Shown: positions 31,901 through 41,942, counted from the first letter of the stretch. The stretch is DNA of 64,000 nucleotides from Candidatus Bathyarchaeota archaeon (GCA_963768425.1 CAVYHV010000014.1:128001-192000); one strand, 5' to 3'. Notes: generated from the letters alone by a model not told the origin. A program made the numbers and translations.

Positions 31901-34634
31901 CGTTTGATGGTGTGAACAATTGATGGTCGTTGAGCTGTTGCTCCCATTTGCCTGTGGATTCCTGAAGCTCCAACCCCAAATTCTTAATCATGGGGGATGG
32001 GCTTGATGAGTTAGTGATTAGTTTCAGAAGATTCTCTGGGACGGTTGTTGCCCAGTTGAGTTTGCGGATTTCTGCTGTTAGCTCTAGAGCTTTTTCGGCG
32101 CCTTGAAAGTCTGTTTTGGATTTGTTGTAGAAGTGGCCAAGCAAGGTTCGCACTGTTTCCGTTGACTCCTCAATCTGCGCCTGCAACTTCTTGACTTTAC
32201 GGGCGTCAATAAGATCGGTCAGGATGGTTTTGGTAACCTTTCCGTCGTTGGTTACCCTTGCAATCTGTTTTTGGTCGTTGCGGTAACTCGAGTTAAACAG
32301 TTTAAAAGAGCTCTGGCTGTACGAACTGTACCTTGCAATTAACCCGTCTAAATCAAGCTGGTATAACCCGCTTGTGTATGTTTCGTCCAAGCGTCTTTGC
32401 ATAAAATCGTGGTCTTGATAGAGCCGTTTAGCCTTAGCCACGATATCACCGACTTGCTCGAAGTATTTGTTATCAAACCACTGCGGCTCAGGCTTATCCT
32501 CAGAGAAACACAGCAAAGCCATTCGCGACAATTCTTTGACCTGAGTGAGGGTTAACCCGTCGCTGTCCAACCCCAATATTGGAGCAAGAGCGTGGGAAGT
32601 TTCACGCCATTTTCTCGCCGCGAACTCCGTGCTCCTGATGAAAGCTAAGAACTTTTCGCGTTGTGGCAGAAATTCGCTGTCTTCTAGCTCGACCCCAGGA
32701 AGTATCCTGCTTAGGGCTTCAAGCTGTTTTTTGAATTCATCTGACTCGTTAAGAACCAAATCGAACAATGATGGGTGGTAGCGTTCCATGAGTTTGGCAC
32801 GGGTTTCCCTAATCCAGATGCTGATTTCCCAGTAGTTTTTGGCTTCAACACGAAGTTTTTCGGTGTTTGTGTTTGTTAGCCAATAGGGTTCGGGTTTGGG
32901 GCTTTCAGTCAGGAAACTGCTTACTTCTAACAGCCATTTGACGCCAGCAAAGGTTTCGGGTGGAAAAACACCCAGCTTCGATGAAAAATTTTCAGTTTCA
33001 GCTTGCAGGTCCATTAGGCTCTTGTTGATGCCATCAAGCGACGTCAGTACTTCAGAGCGAAGCTCAAGGTTGTAGGCTTCAGCACGGTAATCTACCCATG
33101 GAAAGTCGGGTTCTTCTATCACTTGCCAGACCTTGCTCAGTTGTGAAACGAGCGCTTCCAACTCATGCATCTTCTGAGGAGTGAGCGTTGCCAATTCGGT
33201 TAAGCCGACGGCCACGAAGGGAACTCGTTCAAGGCTGGATATTAAACTCAAAACTTCATATGCGCTCCTCTGAAAGAATGGCCGTTTCTCATGTAACGAA
33301 GCAACGTAACCGTTCAATGCTTCTCTGTACTCTGTCATTTTTTCAAACTCGTGTGCGGATGGCAACTTGCGGGGAACAAGGTTTTCGTCAAGACTTCGTT
33401 TGAGTTCAGCGACAACTTGCTGTTTATTGGCTTTGCTGCTGTGAAGTTCAAGACAGAAATGAGCCAGGCCGACTTCACTAAGGCGTTTGTAAACAACTTC
33501 GAGCGCTGCCATTTTGTCGCTGACGAAGAGTACTGATTTTCCATTGGCGATGCATTCTGCGATTATGTTCGCGATGGTTTGGCTTTTTCCTGTTCCCGGT
33601 GGACCCTTCATGACAAAGCTTTGTCCACGTAAGGCGTATTCAATGGATACGCGTTGGCTGCTGTCGGCGTCAAGAACTTGGTAGGTTTTGTCCGGCGGCT
33701 CGATTTTGTCAACGTCCTTCTCTTCAGGTAACCCGTCCAAAATGAGGTTGTCTTCTTTGATGCCTGCGATAGCACGAATTATTGGGTGTTGCGTGACCAG
33801 CGAAGAGTTTGCCTCCAAATCTTTGTAAATGACTAGTTTTTGAAATGAGAAAAGCCCTAAGTCAACCGATGGTTCTACCGTCCAGCCCAATTCCGCGACA
33901 ACCAAATTAACCTTGTCAAAGTAGCCTTGCAAAGTCAGGTTTTCCCAGTCTTCAGGCAACGGCGGCAAATCGATTTTGTAATCGTTTTTCAGTTTAACTT
34001 GCAGCGCGGGGTTTAAAACCTCTTCTTCCTCAACAGGCGGCAACCCGATACTGTAAGGTTGACGTATTGTGTCCCGTGTTAGCTCAAGAGGCACAAGAAT
34101 AAGGGGTGACTGGACTGGTTCTTTTGTCTCTAAATCAACCCAGTTAAGAGTGCCAAAAGCCACATGTAATATGCGTACTCCTCGTTCTCGGTAATCCAGA
34201 AGGGAGCGCCACTGCAGGGCTTTGAGGTTTCTTTCAAGTTCCAGTCGGGTCATTTCGCCAAGGACTAACTGGTTTGCCTTGGGATGCTGCAGCTCCTTTG
34301 GCAAATCTGCAGGTTCTTTCATGAATGCTTTGGGGTTGCCTTTCGCAGTTTTGGCTTTACCCTTCCCCCTTGAGGGTTCCTGAGCTTCCATCTTTTGGTT
34401 CTCCTCTGGAGGCATCCAGAACTCCAACCGTTTCTTCTTCAAGACCAATGAGCCAAAAATTGCTTGCATATCGGGTTGTGAGATTGATAGGCTTCCTCGT
34501 TTATTTTTGTGGAAGTATAGGAGGTTGTTTCTTCTTGACAAGTCGATTAATCTTGATTTCCAGTCTTCCACTCTTTTCATAGGCTGGGAAGTAACTGTTT
34601 GAGTCATAACTACGTCCACACCCTCGGGTTGCAT
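28944..34634 (-). CDS. DUF4011-SF1 helicase-Vsr-like nuclease-DUF3320 protein (Hhe-like defence protein)
   Basis: WKSRLIDLSRRNNLL, GPPGTGKSQT, FDEASQ, GDNKQLPP, HYRS, VQGDERD, RLNVAVTRAR, GVECDG, DRDRLR. Confidence 0.9.
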   Translation of the reverse strand: MQPEGVDVVMTQTVTSQPMKRVEDWKSRLIDLSRRNNLLYFHKNKRGSLSISQPDMQAIFGSLVLKKKRLEFWMPPEENQKMEAQEPSRGKGKAKTAKGNPKAFMKEPADLPKELQHPKANQLVLGEMTRLELERNLKALQWRSLLDYRERGVRILHVAFGTLNWVDLETKEPVQSPLILVPLELTRDTIRQPYSIGLPPVEEEEVLNPALQVKLKNDYKIDLPPLPEDWENLTLQGYFDKVNLVVAELGWTVEPSVDLGLFSFQKLVIYKDLEANSSLVTQHPIIRAIAGIKEDNLILDGLPEEKDVDKIEPPDKTYQVLDADSSQRVSIEYALRGQSFVMKGPPGTGKSQTIANIIAECIANGKSVLFVSDKMAALEVVYKRLSEVGLAHFCLELHSSKANKQQVVAELKRSLDENLVPRKLPSAHEFEKMTEYREALNGYVASLHEKRPFFQRSAYEVLSLISSLERVPFVAVGLTELATLTPQKMHELEALVSQLSKVWQVIEEPDFPWVDYRAEAYNLELRSEVLTSLDGINKSLMDLQAETENFSSKLGVFPPETFAGVKWLLEVSSFLTESPKPEPYWLTNTNTEKLRVEAKNYWEISIWIRETRAKLMERYHPSLFDLVLNESDEFKKQLEALSRILPGVELEDSEFLPQREKFLAFIRSTEFAARKWRETSHALAPILGLDSDGLTLTQVKELSRMALLCFSEDKPEPQWFDNKYFEQVGDIVAKAKRLYQDHDFMQRRLDETYTSGLYQLDLDGLIARYSSYSQSSFKLFNSSYRNDQKQIARVTNDGKVTKTILTDLIDARKVKKLQAQIEESTETVRTLLGHFYNKSKTDFQGAEKALELTAEIRKLNWATTVPENLLKLITNSSSPSPMIKNLGLELQESTGKWEQQLNDHQLFTPSNVPKSTTTLTQTPLSLIEEWASETEKQLSSLCELTKDALATSKEEPKSYKQLLEDLKNAEDVRKKETAIVGEKVQLHEKFGSRFNELETNWQDIVTVLEWAQKVQAAFQDIAVPEAFAQIAAQGPSAAPSNTELIEKRDASLKVLSGFEARFESPMKYQNQFLKDLKINVIGERIQTLRDHVDDIQVWVDFKDIKNRFALRGLEPFFNRLAEQKLPAADLIDVFRKGVYQEWINTLYNEDLALGRFRWENHEQLIADFKKLDQSLIRLSSSMVIEKANSRKPQDILIQAADTEAAILQKEAAKKRQLMPIRVLFQKIPNLLVKLKPCLLMSPISVSQFLPPDSKFDLVLFDEASQIVPEDAIGSIYRGKTLVVAGDNKQLPPTSFFQKSLIDDVDWDELSDEDVEIFESILDECLGIGLPVKTLRWHYRSKHESLIAFSNYRFYDDTLVTFPAAQAQVDTLGVKLVYVPDGIYDRGGKRNNLKEAEKVADLVFEHFRLYPKKTLGVVTFSIAQMETVEDAIDRRLKEQPNFESFFKEDRLEGFFVKNLENVQGDERDVIFFSVGYGYDDQRQMAMNFGPLNKPGGERRLNVAVTRAREKVVLVASIKATDVDPETKAVGVQTLRYYLDYAEHGPETLESVKAREGEFESALDEDVAAEIKKMGYEVVPQVGCSGYRIDIGVVDPVNPGNFLLGVECDGVSYKSSSSARDRDRLREQVLRQLGWRIHRVWSPAWVARRDSEIRRLKENLEQASKQQLDKETQKPVIEVKEGMAPRTDVQKIEFAGIEKIGIPYKIYPLKASFNPYIKVASTNGSMDSKQKNQFHFPENRENQTKLLIELVQNEGPVHFDYAVERLAAAWGIKQVTPQITHSVKGALSNLLKEQKVVLKGSFLWSPNLKETPIRVPVQGIPESKRRAEYIPPEEVESAMLLVTRYALGISQESLIWETARVFGLNHSAESVPDVFTEILRRLVRDRKLIIKEGVVTVA

Positions 34635-34719
34635 TATGATGCGGATGCTTCTTTAATATTTGCGGTATCTCCATACGGGCTCAGACAATCAATTACTTAA
34701 CTTTCAGGCGCTAAAAGAG

Positions 34720-35379
34720 TCACTTGGTTCTTGTAGCATGTTGAATTGCATCAAAAACCACTCGCCTCACGTTTTCAAGCCCAACATTCCGTGTTTCGAG
34801 AATCGCCAGCCCCAAACCCGACTTTTCAAGCTCAGCACGGCATTCCTCTGCGTTGCCGAGGGTATCCAAAAGCACTATGCCTTTGATTCCACTAAACATT
34901 GCAGCAAACGCCGCCTCATCAACCCCTTCCTCAAGCATCTTTTGTTTCATATGCTTGAAAAACTCAATCATCCCAGGACCCATAAACATTAAGTTATGGT
35001 CGGGGTCAGCCTCAAAAAATGCTCCGCCTCCGCCAAGCTGGCAATCGATACAGTTTGCCGCATTAACCTTGGTAATCCCATATTCGTCTATCAGCTTTTT
35101 CATTTCACCGTTTTGTCCAAGGCAAAGGTCACCATAAACCAAGACGACTTTGCCGCAATAACGTTTTAGGGATGCCTCCAAGACTTTGCAGAGGTTTGTC
35201 TCCAAGGTCTCATAGTCAACATGGAAGTATTTGCTGACGAAAACCAGCTCGGCATCCAATCGCCCGTCTTTGACCAAGCGCTGCAGCTCGTCTTTTAGAA
35301 CACTACAGGAAACCAGACAAACCTTGCCATTCCCGCTCGTAATCACGCATCTCCACGTAAACATGGATTTGACGCCCAA
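34720..35379 (-). CDS. DUF1638-like protein
   Basis: SCSVLKDE, FHVD, YGDLC, NCIDCQLGG. Confidence 0.75.
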   Translation of the reverse strand: MGVKSMFTWRCVITSGNGKVCLVSCSVLKDELQRLVKDGRLDAELVFVSKYFHVDYETLETNLCKVLEASLKRYCGKVVLVYGDLCLGQNGEMKKLIDEYGITKVNAANCIDCQLGGGGAFFEADPDHNLMFMGPGMIEFFKHMKQKMLEEGVDEAAFAAMFSGIKGIVLLDTLGNAEECRAELEKSGLGLAILETRNVGLENVRRVVFDAIQHATRTK

Positions 35380-35623
35380 AAAAGGTTTTCTAAAACCCCT
35401 TCAGAGCAAAAGGCAACGTGGAAACAGCAAAAACCATATTTCGCCAGACATGGGGAAATCAGGTAAGCTCATCTTGAGCCCTAAGCCATAAGAACAACCC
35501 AAATTGGTCTTTCCAAGAAATGGACCGACCAATAGTTTTTTGCCTCATTCTTACAAACAAAACCATAACATGAATTGATGGAAAATTAGGAACAGCTAAG
35601 AAAAAAAATAATTAAAAGCGAGT

Positions 35624-36490
35624 TTATGCGGCTTTTGGCTTGGCTTTGTCGACTGCTCCGCTTAGGCTGGTCATTTCTGAGTTTGCTTTGCGTATTAGTT
35701 CTGCGATTGTGTCTTTGGTGGGTATTGCTGCAGAGATGGATAATGCGATCGCTTTCTGGTGGGCTTGCTGCAATAATGGTTTAATTGTGTCTTTGGTCGC
35801 GTAGCTGATTTCTAATGCGAGGGCGAAAGCTTCTTGATTGCTTTGCTCAACACTTCTCCTTGTCGCGTCTACGTCGACTTTGAGTTGGTCGCCCACGATA
35901 ACTAATCCGTTGTCGAATACTGCACGCATTGAAATGCCTAATTCAACAGCTTTGATGTTTAATTTAGAGAGGACACCTGCAAGTTGCTCGCCGATTGCTT
36001 CACCTTTGCGGGCAACCAACGTATCTTTGCTTACCCAGACGCTGCCTGATTCGATGCGTGTTGGCAAGCCTACTAGGTTAAGTTGACTGATGATGGGTCC
36101 TGGAGGCTGACCTGTATTGCCTGCGGGAACAATGACATCCATGGCGGCTGTGTCGCCTGCCTTCGCGGTTGTTTTAACTTTGCCCCGTTCTAAAAGTAAT
36201 GCGAGTTTGAAGGGGTTTAGGCTTGTGAACAGGTAAACGTTTGATCCATCCAAGAATTGCTCAAGCTTCTTTAGGTCTTCCTGCTTCATTTCTTCGATGG
36301 CAAGTCTCACGAGCGTATTCTTTAAAACTCGAAGGTAAACTTTGCCTTGCATGGTTTTCTTTAACTCTTGAAGCTGTGAAGCACGAACCTTCTTCAGACT
36401 AGCAATGCCGATGGACTTGTACTCTTTAAGTATGTCCTTTATCGCGTCTACTTCGCTTGACTTTTCCTCTAACACTTGTTGGGACGGCAT
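35624..36490 (-). CDS. rpl10: 50S ribosomal protein L10 (P0)
   Basis: KNTLVRLA, NPFKL, AKAG, GNTGQPPGP. Confidence 0.97.
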   Translation of the reverse strand: MPSQQVLEEKSSEVDAIKDILKEYKSIGIASLKKVRASQLQELKKTMQGKVYLRVLKNTLVRLAIEEMKQEDLKKLEQFLDGSNVYLFTSLNPFKLALLLERGKVKTTAKAGDTAAMDVIVPAGNTGQPPGPIISQLNLVGLPTRIESGSVWVSKDTLVARKGEAIGEQLAGVLSKLNIKAVELGISMRAVFDNGLVIVGDQLKVDVDATRRSVEQSNQEAFALALEISYATKDTIKPLLQQAHQKAIALSISAAIPTKDTIAELIRKANSEMTSLSGAVDKAKPKAA

Positions 36491-36505
36491 AATTTCTCAA
36501 ACTCA

Positions 36506-37156
36506 TTAAGGTTTAATTTTAACTGGCTCACCCATGGACGTCTTGATGAAAGCGAACTTTACGTTTTTCAGACCACGTTTAAGTTTTCCATCTAAAACAC
36601 GAAGAACAGTCATGGTGTTCTCGACAAGGTCTTCATCCTTCATCTGCTGGGAGCCAACTGAAACTTGAATGGTTGGTTGGTTGCGCATTCTCACAACCAC
36701 CGTTTTACGATGCTTCTTGATTAAGGCTGCAATGTCAGCGTTAGGCGCTACGGGTATAGGCATTTTTCCTCTTGGACCCAAGACTGGACCCAGAATCCTA
36801 CCTACGAGAGGCATTAGAGGCGCTTCAGAAATGAAAACGTCATAGCCCTCAGCGAGCTTACGCAAATCCTTCTTTTTCCCATTTAACTGGTCTAAGTCGG
36901 CACGTTCAACAACGTAGTCCGCCTCAGCGTTCCTCGCTTTAAAGGCAAATTCACCAGAAGCAATAACACAGACCTTGTTAGGCTTGCCCGTTTCGTGTGG
37001 TAGCTCAACGATCTCTTGGATTTTGCCTTCAGGCGACTTCATGTCGATCTCTGTAATGTCCAGGATCAAATCTACTGTCTGATTGAACTTCTTGTCGCCA
37101 GACTTCGTCTTTGCCTGTTTAATTGCTTCAGATATTGTTTTGTTGTCTAGGGGCAT
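36506..37156 (-). CDS. rpl1: 50S ribosomal protein L1
   Basis: KFNQTVD, LGPVLGPRGKMP, KTSMG. Confidence 0.97.
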   Translation of the reverse strand: MPLDNKTISEAIKQAKTKSGDKKFNQTVDLILDITEIDMKSPEGKIQEIVELPHETGKPNKVCVIASGEFAFKARNAEADYVVERADLDQLNGKKKDLRKLAEGYDVFISEAPLMPLVGRILGPVLGPRGKMPIPVAPNADIAALIKKHRKTVVVRMRNQPTIQVSVGSQQMKDEDLVENTMTVLRVLDGKLKRGLKNVKFAFIKTSMGEPVKIKP

Positions 37157-37214
37157 TTTTAAGCCTCGTGCCAATGAGGGATTGGAAACCCATTATAAAA
37201 ATATTCGCTTATCA

Positions 37215-37703
37215 TTATTCGTTACCAAACAGTTGTTCATATTTTCCGTCGTCGATGTCTTTTTGGACTTCCCGCGGGTCTTTGCCTTCAACAGTGGCGC
37301 CTAGACTGATGCATGTGCCAAGCATTTCTTTTGTCGCCTTCTTTAGTGTAGGCGCTAAAAGTTCTGGACGCTTAATTTTGGCGATACGTACCATCTGCTC
37401 CATAGATAAATCGCCTATTTTAACGGTGTTAGGTGTCCCTGAGCCCTTCTCCACTTTTAACTCAGCAACAATAAGAGCCGAAGCAGTGGGAGTGCCTACG
37501 GTAACTTCAAAGGTTTTGTCCTCAGTGTCAACGGTGATTTTCACTGGAACCTTCATTCCAGCATAGTCTTTAGTAAGCTCGTTAATTTTGTTGACGATAG
37601 CCATGATGTTAACGCCTAACGGTCCGAGAGCTGGACCCAGAGGTGGACCTGCATTGGCTTGTCCGCCGTTTACAAGTAATTCAACAGATTTTTTTTCGCT
37701 CAT
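37215..37703 (-). CDS. rpl11: 50S ribosomal protein L11
   Basis: GGQANAGPPLGPALG, GMKVPV, GTCISLG. Confidence 0.98.
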   Translation of the reverse strand: MSEKKSVELLVNGGQANAGPPLGPALGPLGVNIMAIVNKINELTKDYAGMKVPVKITVDTEDKTFEVTVGTPTASALIVAELKVEKGSGTPNTVKIGDLSMEQMVRIAKIKRPELLAPTLKKATKEMLGTCISLGATVEGKDPREVQKDIDDGKYEQLFGNE

Positions 37704-37722
37704 ACTTTTTCACCAGTTTACT

Positions 37723-38193
37723 TTATCTTGCTTTTTCCACCAGTTTTACATAATCTGAGTGTACCGTAATAGGCAAAGTAAATGTCGCCTCAAGCAGTTC
37801 GAGGGTAACTTCGCCTTTTGACTTGTCAAGCCTTGTGATTTTAGCCCGCATACCCTTGAATGGACCACCTGTAATTTCAACAACGTCATCTTCGTTGAGG
37901 TCCTCCATGACAGGTTTGCGAACAATGTACCGTTCAATTTCAGCGAAGCTGACAAGGCCAGGAATTCGGGAGCGCACATGCCTTAAACCTGATATGGCTT
38001 CTTCCACCAAATGCGGTCCATCGGCCTCGACAAACACGTATCCTTTCAACGTGTCTGGCACAAGAAGAGCTTTTATGGGAATGTGGTTCATCTCAACCTT
38101 AGAAGCGATTAACCGGGCTACGTTTCTTTCCTGCCCAGTGGTTGTTTTAACCACGAAAATTTTGGTCTGCATTTGCTCTTCTTTCTTTTCCAT
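37723..38193 (-). CDS. spt5: Transcription elongation factor Spt5 (NusG)
   Basis: TTTGQE, KGYVFVEA, KOW GGPFKG. Confidence 0.97.
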   Translation of the reverse strand: MEKKEEQMQTKIFVVKTTTGQERNVARLIASKVEMNHIPIKALLVPDTLKGYVFVEADGPHLVEEAISGLRHVRSRIPGLVSFAEIERYIVRKPVMEDLNEDDVVEITGGPFKGMRAKITRLDKSKGEVTLELLEATFTLPITVHSDYVKLVEKAR

Positions 38194-38206
38194 AATTTAA
38201 TCCTTC

Positions 38207-38398
38207 TTAAGTTGTAGTGCTTGACGCGCCTGTGGATCCTAGGGCCCATGAAAGAAGCTTTATAATGTAGCCGATCACGCCAACTATGCCTATGCCGAGA
38301 AGACTAATCTTTATCGAGAGCCACAGCTCTTCCCGTCCAGGCTTGCTAGCGAGCTTCAGGGTTCGTCCCGCTTGCATTAACCAAGATTTTATACCCAT
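38207..38398 (-). CDS. secE: Translocase subunit SecE/Sec61-gamma
   Basis: LKLASKPGREE followed by TM GIGIVGVIGYII. Confidence 0.95.
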   Translation of the reverse strand: MGIKSWLMQAGRTLKLASKPGREELWLSIKISLLGIGIVGVIGYIIKLLSWALGSTGASSTTT

Positions 38399-38570
38399 AT
38401 CTATCGCACACTCAACATTTCATTATTCAATAATAAATGTTACTGTGACTTAAGCTTTAAAAACAAGTTCCTCAGGACCTTTAAAGTTTCCTAAAAGGGC
38501 CAGTTGCTGGTTTCAAATGCCCCAAGTAAATATAATACGTTTGCAACAAGTCACTGTTAGGTGCGAATTT

Positions 38571-39146
38571 ATGAATGCGGGTGCTGTGAAAGACAGTCTT
38601 TCGTTTGCTCATCGAAGATTATGCGAGTTAAAGACGCTTAATAACGGAGATTTGGCAGGCGCAAAACCAGAAGATAGGCAAATATTGATTGAAGAGTTTT
38701 TCTTTCACCTTGTCGGAGCGGTTGAGATTCTTGCCCAAATGATTAACAACCAGAGAACTCTTGGGTTAGATCCTGAAAGAGTTACTGTCAGAACAGTTTC
38801 CTGCAGATTAGCAGCTGCTGACCAAATAAAATCTTTGTTAAGTCAGTTGTATCCGACCACCAGATCTAGTGACCAACGTTGGCTGCCTCTTCCGCGTGAT
38901 CCTTATTCTGAAGATGGAAGTCATTTTAGAATTGTAGTTTATACATATTGGGTTAATCACTGCGGAGAGAATCCTCTCCACTTTCGTTCGGGAGCAGAAC
39001 CCAATGTTAGTTTGATCTTAGATCCAAGAAACCCCTCCGCTGGGAGCTCAAAGCTTGCGGCTATGGATGAGCTGCAAACGTTTTGGAATCTGGTAAACGA
39101 TAAATGTCGGCGAATCATAGGAATTTTGACTTCTGCGGCTTCATGA
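38571..39146 (+). CDS. Hypothetical helical protein, possibly HEPN-like
   Basis: Long ORF; EEFFFHLVGAVEILAQMIN resembles Cthe_2314-type HEPN helices, but no clear RxxxxH. Confidence 0.55.
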   Translation: MNAGAVKDSLSFAHRRLCELKTLNNGDLAGAKPEDRQILIEEFFFHLVGAVEILAQMINNQRTLGLDPERVTVRTVSCRLAAADQIKSLLSQLYPTTRSSDQRWLPLPRDPYSEDGSHFRIVVYTYWVNHCGENPLHFRSGAEPNVSLILDPRNPSAGSSKLAAMDELQTFWNLVNDKCRRIIGILTSAAS

Positions 39147-39190
39147 ACACCCTTGGCGATTTCTGAATACATTCCTGAAAAGCACTTTTT

Positions 39191-40014
39191 TCAGACTTTC
39201 TTAAAAGGCAAGCCAACCTCTTGCAGGGCAGACAACAACTTGGGTTTGTCTTGACTTGTTATGCCTTTCCAGTCGAGAATCGCCAATGAAACCTTCTCCA
39301 AAGTCTTATGTACGCATTGCGAGATCATTTCGGAATCGACATTGGAAACGGCATATTTTGGAATGATATGCCCAAATGCAGCTTCGCCTGCCAAAGCTAC
39401 GCGAGAGAACTTTTGGTTGTAGTGAGGCCCCCTACCCCGAGAACTGCTGAATCAGAGGGCGAGGAGAAATTAGCTATTGCCGTCATAGCAGCGTCGCCAA
39501 CAACGCGTGCGGCGGTCAAATCGTTCCATTGAGGCTCCGAACTGCCCAACTCAACAAACATGACTGGTAAATTTAAGGTTGGACCGTGATGGGTGCCTTC
39601 GTATGAAACTTCGTAGTCTAAGTTAAGTTCCTGTTTTAAGCTGCAGAATGCTCTAAGCGCGGATTGCATAGCAGTAGCAGGCGCAATAGATAGAGTACGG
39701 GTTAAACCTCCAAGTTCGGCTTCACCGAAGTTTCCCGTTGTATGAACAGAAAGGGTGGGTTTGCCGCTTCGGCTACTGTGGCGCGAAATAAAGACAACTA
39801 GCTGAGCGTTTGGGAAATCGTCCCCGAGGCATTGAGATTTTACTGCTTCTTCTTTAAGCGTAAGGAAGCTGATCTGTTTTCCACCGATTTCAACCATGTA
39901 AATAGTCGTTTCCTGATACTTTTGAGATGTCATTTTGAATGGGTAATGTCGAAGGACGCTTTCGGCTATGTTTACCCCAGCAACGTCGCATTTTGAGTGA
40001 ACGAGTAGGATCAT
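39191..40014 (-). CDS. dtdA: D-aminoacyl-tRNA deacylase DTD2 (frameshift near 39430)
   Basis: SRHSS, LSVHTTGN, EGTHHGPT, FVELGSSE, GHIIPKY, LDWK. Confidence 0.93.
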
Positions 40015-40195
40015 ACGGGCACTTCCTCTATCTCTTAGTTTGTTCTTTCTAAAAAAGTTGTTAAACTCTGTAAGACAGGCACATATGCTGGTCAAACATG
40101 AAATAGTTTTTTGAAACGATTCAGCTTTTCGCCCAGCCAGATTCTGCATAAAGCTTATAATTAATAGATAGGTTCAGCGTACGGGGTAACAAAAA

Positions 40196-41107
40196 ATGCA
40201 TCTGATCAATTTCAAAGAGTTGTCAAAAAAAGGCCTTAACGCAATTATTGATTTGGGCATTGATACAAAGCACAACCCTAAAAAGTACCGTAAAGAGTTC
40301 GACGGCAAGTCTATCGCCTTGATTTTTCAGAAGACGTCTACTCGGACAAGAGTTTCCTTTGAAGTTGCCGCTACCCAGTTGGGCGGTCACGGATTGTTTA
40401 TTGACTGGCGAACCACAAACTTCACTTTAGCAGATATTGGTGACGAAATCCGTTACTTGTCGCGGAACGTTGATCTCATTATGGCTCGGCTGCTTTACCA
40501 TTCTGACCTGCTGAAGATGGCAACTGCTTCGCGCGTTCCAGTTATAAACGGCTGCGATGACAAATACCATCCGAGCGAGATTATTGGAGATTTAATCACG
40601 ATAAAAGAGAAGAAAGGTACGCTTAAAGGCGTCAAACTCGTCTACATCGGCGTGCACAACAATGTCTGTAACTCACTTATCGAAGGCTGCACTAAAACAG
40701 GAGTCAAACTGACGACGGTGACGCCGTTTTTCAACGAAGCCGCGCGAGACGAGAAGTTAATGGCGGAAGCGAAGAAGTCTGGTCTGTGGCAGTCGACCTT
40801 GGACGCTAAAGAGGCGGTTAAAGATGCGGATTTCGTTTACACTGACACCTGGATTGACATGGAGTTTTTCACTGACCCCAAGTTCGCCGCTGAAAAAGAG
40901 AAACGCATCAAACTTATGATGCCATACCAAATTAACGCTGAACTGCTCAAAGGCAGCAAAGCCAGCATCATGCACGACATGCCAATCCACCGCGGATACG
41001 AAATAAGCCCAGAAGCCATCGAAAACCCGAAGTCAGTGATTTTTGAACAATCAGAAAACCGCCTGTACTCAGCAAAAGCAATAATGCTCACATTAATGAC
41101 TGCTTGA
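40196..41107 (+). CDS. argF: Ornithine carbamoyltransferase
   Basis: KTSTRT, HPSE, YTDTWIDM, HDMP, EQSENR. Confidence 0.88.
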   Translation: MHLINFKELSKKGLNAIIDLGIDTKHNPKKYRKEFDGKSIALIFQKTSTRTRVSFEVAATQLGGHGLFIDWRTTNFTLADIGDEIRYLSRNVDLIMARLLYHSDLLKMATASRVPVINGCDDKYHPSEIIGDLITIKEKKGTLKGVKLVYIGVHNNVCNSLIEGCTKTGVKLTTVTPFFNEAARDEKLMAEAKKSGLWQSTLDAKEAVKDADFVYTDTWIDMEFFTDPKFAAEKEKRIKLMMPYQINAELLKGSKASIMHDMPIHRGYEISPEAIENPKSVIFEQSENRLYSAKAIMLTLMTA

Positions 41108-41405
41108 TTTAATCGCACTTTCGCATATTCACAAATAGCTAGCTAAAACGACCATTCCACTCTTTAAAACTAATCTTTCAAACGAAAATTATCAGAATTA
41201 AAGTGTAAAAGAAAAAATGCACTTCTAATTCTTAACGAGGTTATGTCTCCAGCCCATTAGCAGTTTTTTCGGCAACTTGAAATGAGAAGTTCAACAACAA
41301 CATCAACAACAACAACCAAATTGTTGTTCTTCTCTGCTTCATATTTAAACCGCCGTAAGTTACAGATGGAAAGCAAAGTTAAAATGGCTCCAGATAACTA
41401 GGTTT

Positions 41406-41942
41406 TTGATGCTTCGCCTAGTATCTTTTCTAAGAGGGATCAATGTCGGCGGCCGTGTTGTTAAAAAAGAGAAGTTGAAAGAAGTCTTCGCCAGCTCAGG
41501 TTTTCAAAATGTTTCTACCTACAAGCAAAGTGGTAATGTGATCTTTGAAACCACATCGACAAACATGGAAGAAATCAAAAATGAAATTGAAGATGGGTTA
41601 ACCCGCGTGCTAAATTATAACGTTTCCGTTTTCATACGCACGCTTCCGCAACTTAAACAAATAGTTGATACGGAACCGTTCCAAAACCAGAGTAAAGAGG
41701 GGACAAGTTTTCTAGTGACTCTGCTTCCAAGTTCCTTTCCCAAATTCCCTTTGCAGTTGCCGTTAACAATCCCAAAGTCTACGGCGCTGATAATTTCGGC
41801 TGAGGGCATGGAAGTTTTCAGTGTTACTCATGGAGGCGGAGAAGGAGCGTTGCCTAACTCGTTTATTGAGTCAAAACTGAAGCTTAAAGCAACGACTCGT
41901 AACATGAACATTATTAAGGAAATCGTTGAAAAGTTCGGATAA
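41406..41942 (+). CDS. DUF1697 family protein
   Basis: FLRGINVGG, TYKQSGNVIF, TTRN. Confidence 0.92.
   Translation: MMLRLVSFLRGINVGGRVVKKEKLKEVFASSGFQNVSTYKQSGNVIFETTSTNMEEIKNEIEDGLTRVLNYNVSVFIRTLPQLKQIVDTEPFQNQSKEGTSFLVTLLPSSFPKFPLQLPLTIPKSTALIISAEGMEVFSVTHGGGEGALPNSFIESKLKLKATTRNMNIIKEIVEKFG

Noticed and set aside
40973-40984. HDMP instead of HCLP in the carbamoyltransferase
   Set aside because: Within transcarbamylase variation; substrate cannot be inferred by eye
41292-41329. (AAC)n tract with a short TTGTTGTT complement
   Set aside because: Low-complexity microsatellite, single occurrence
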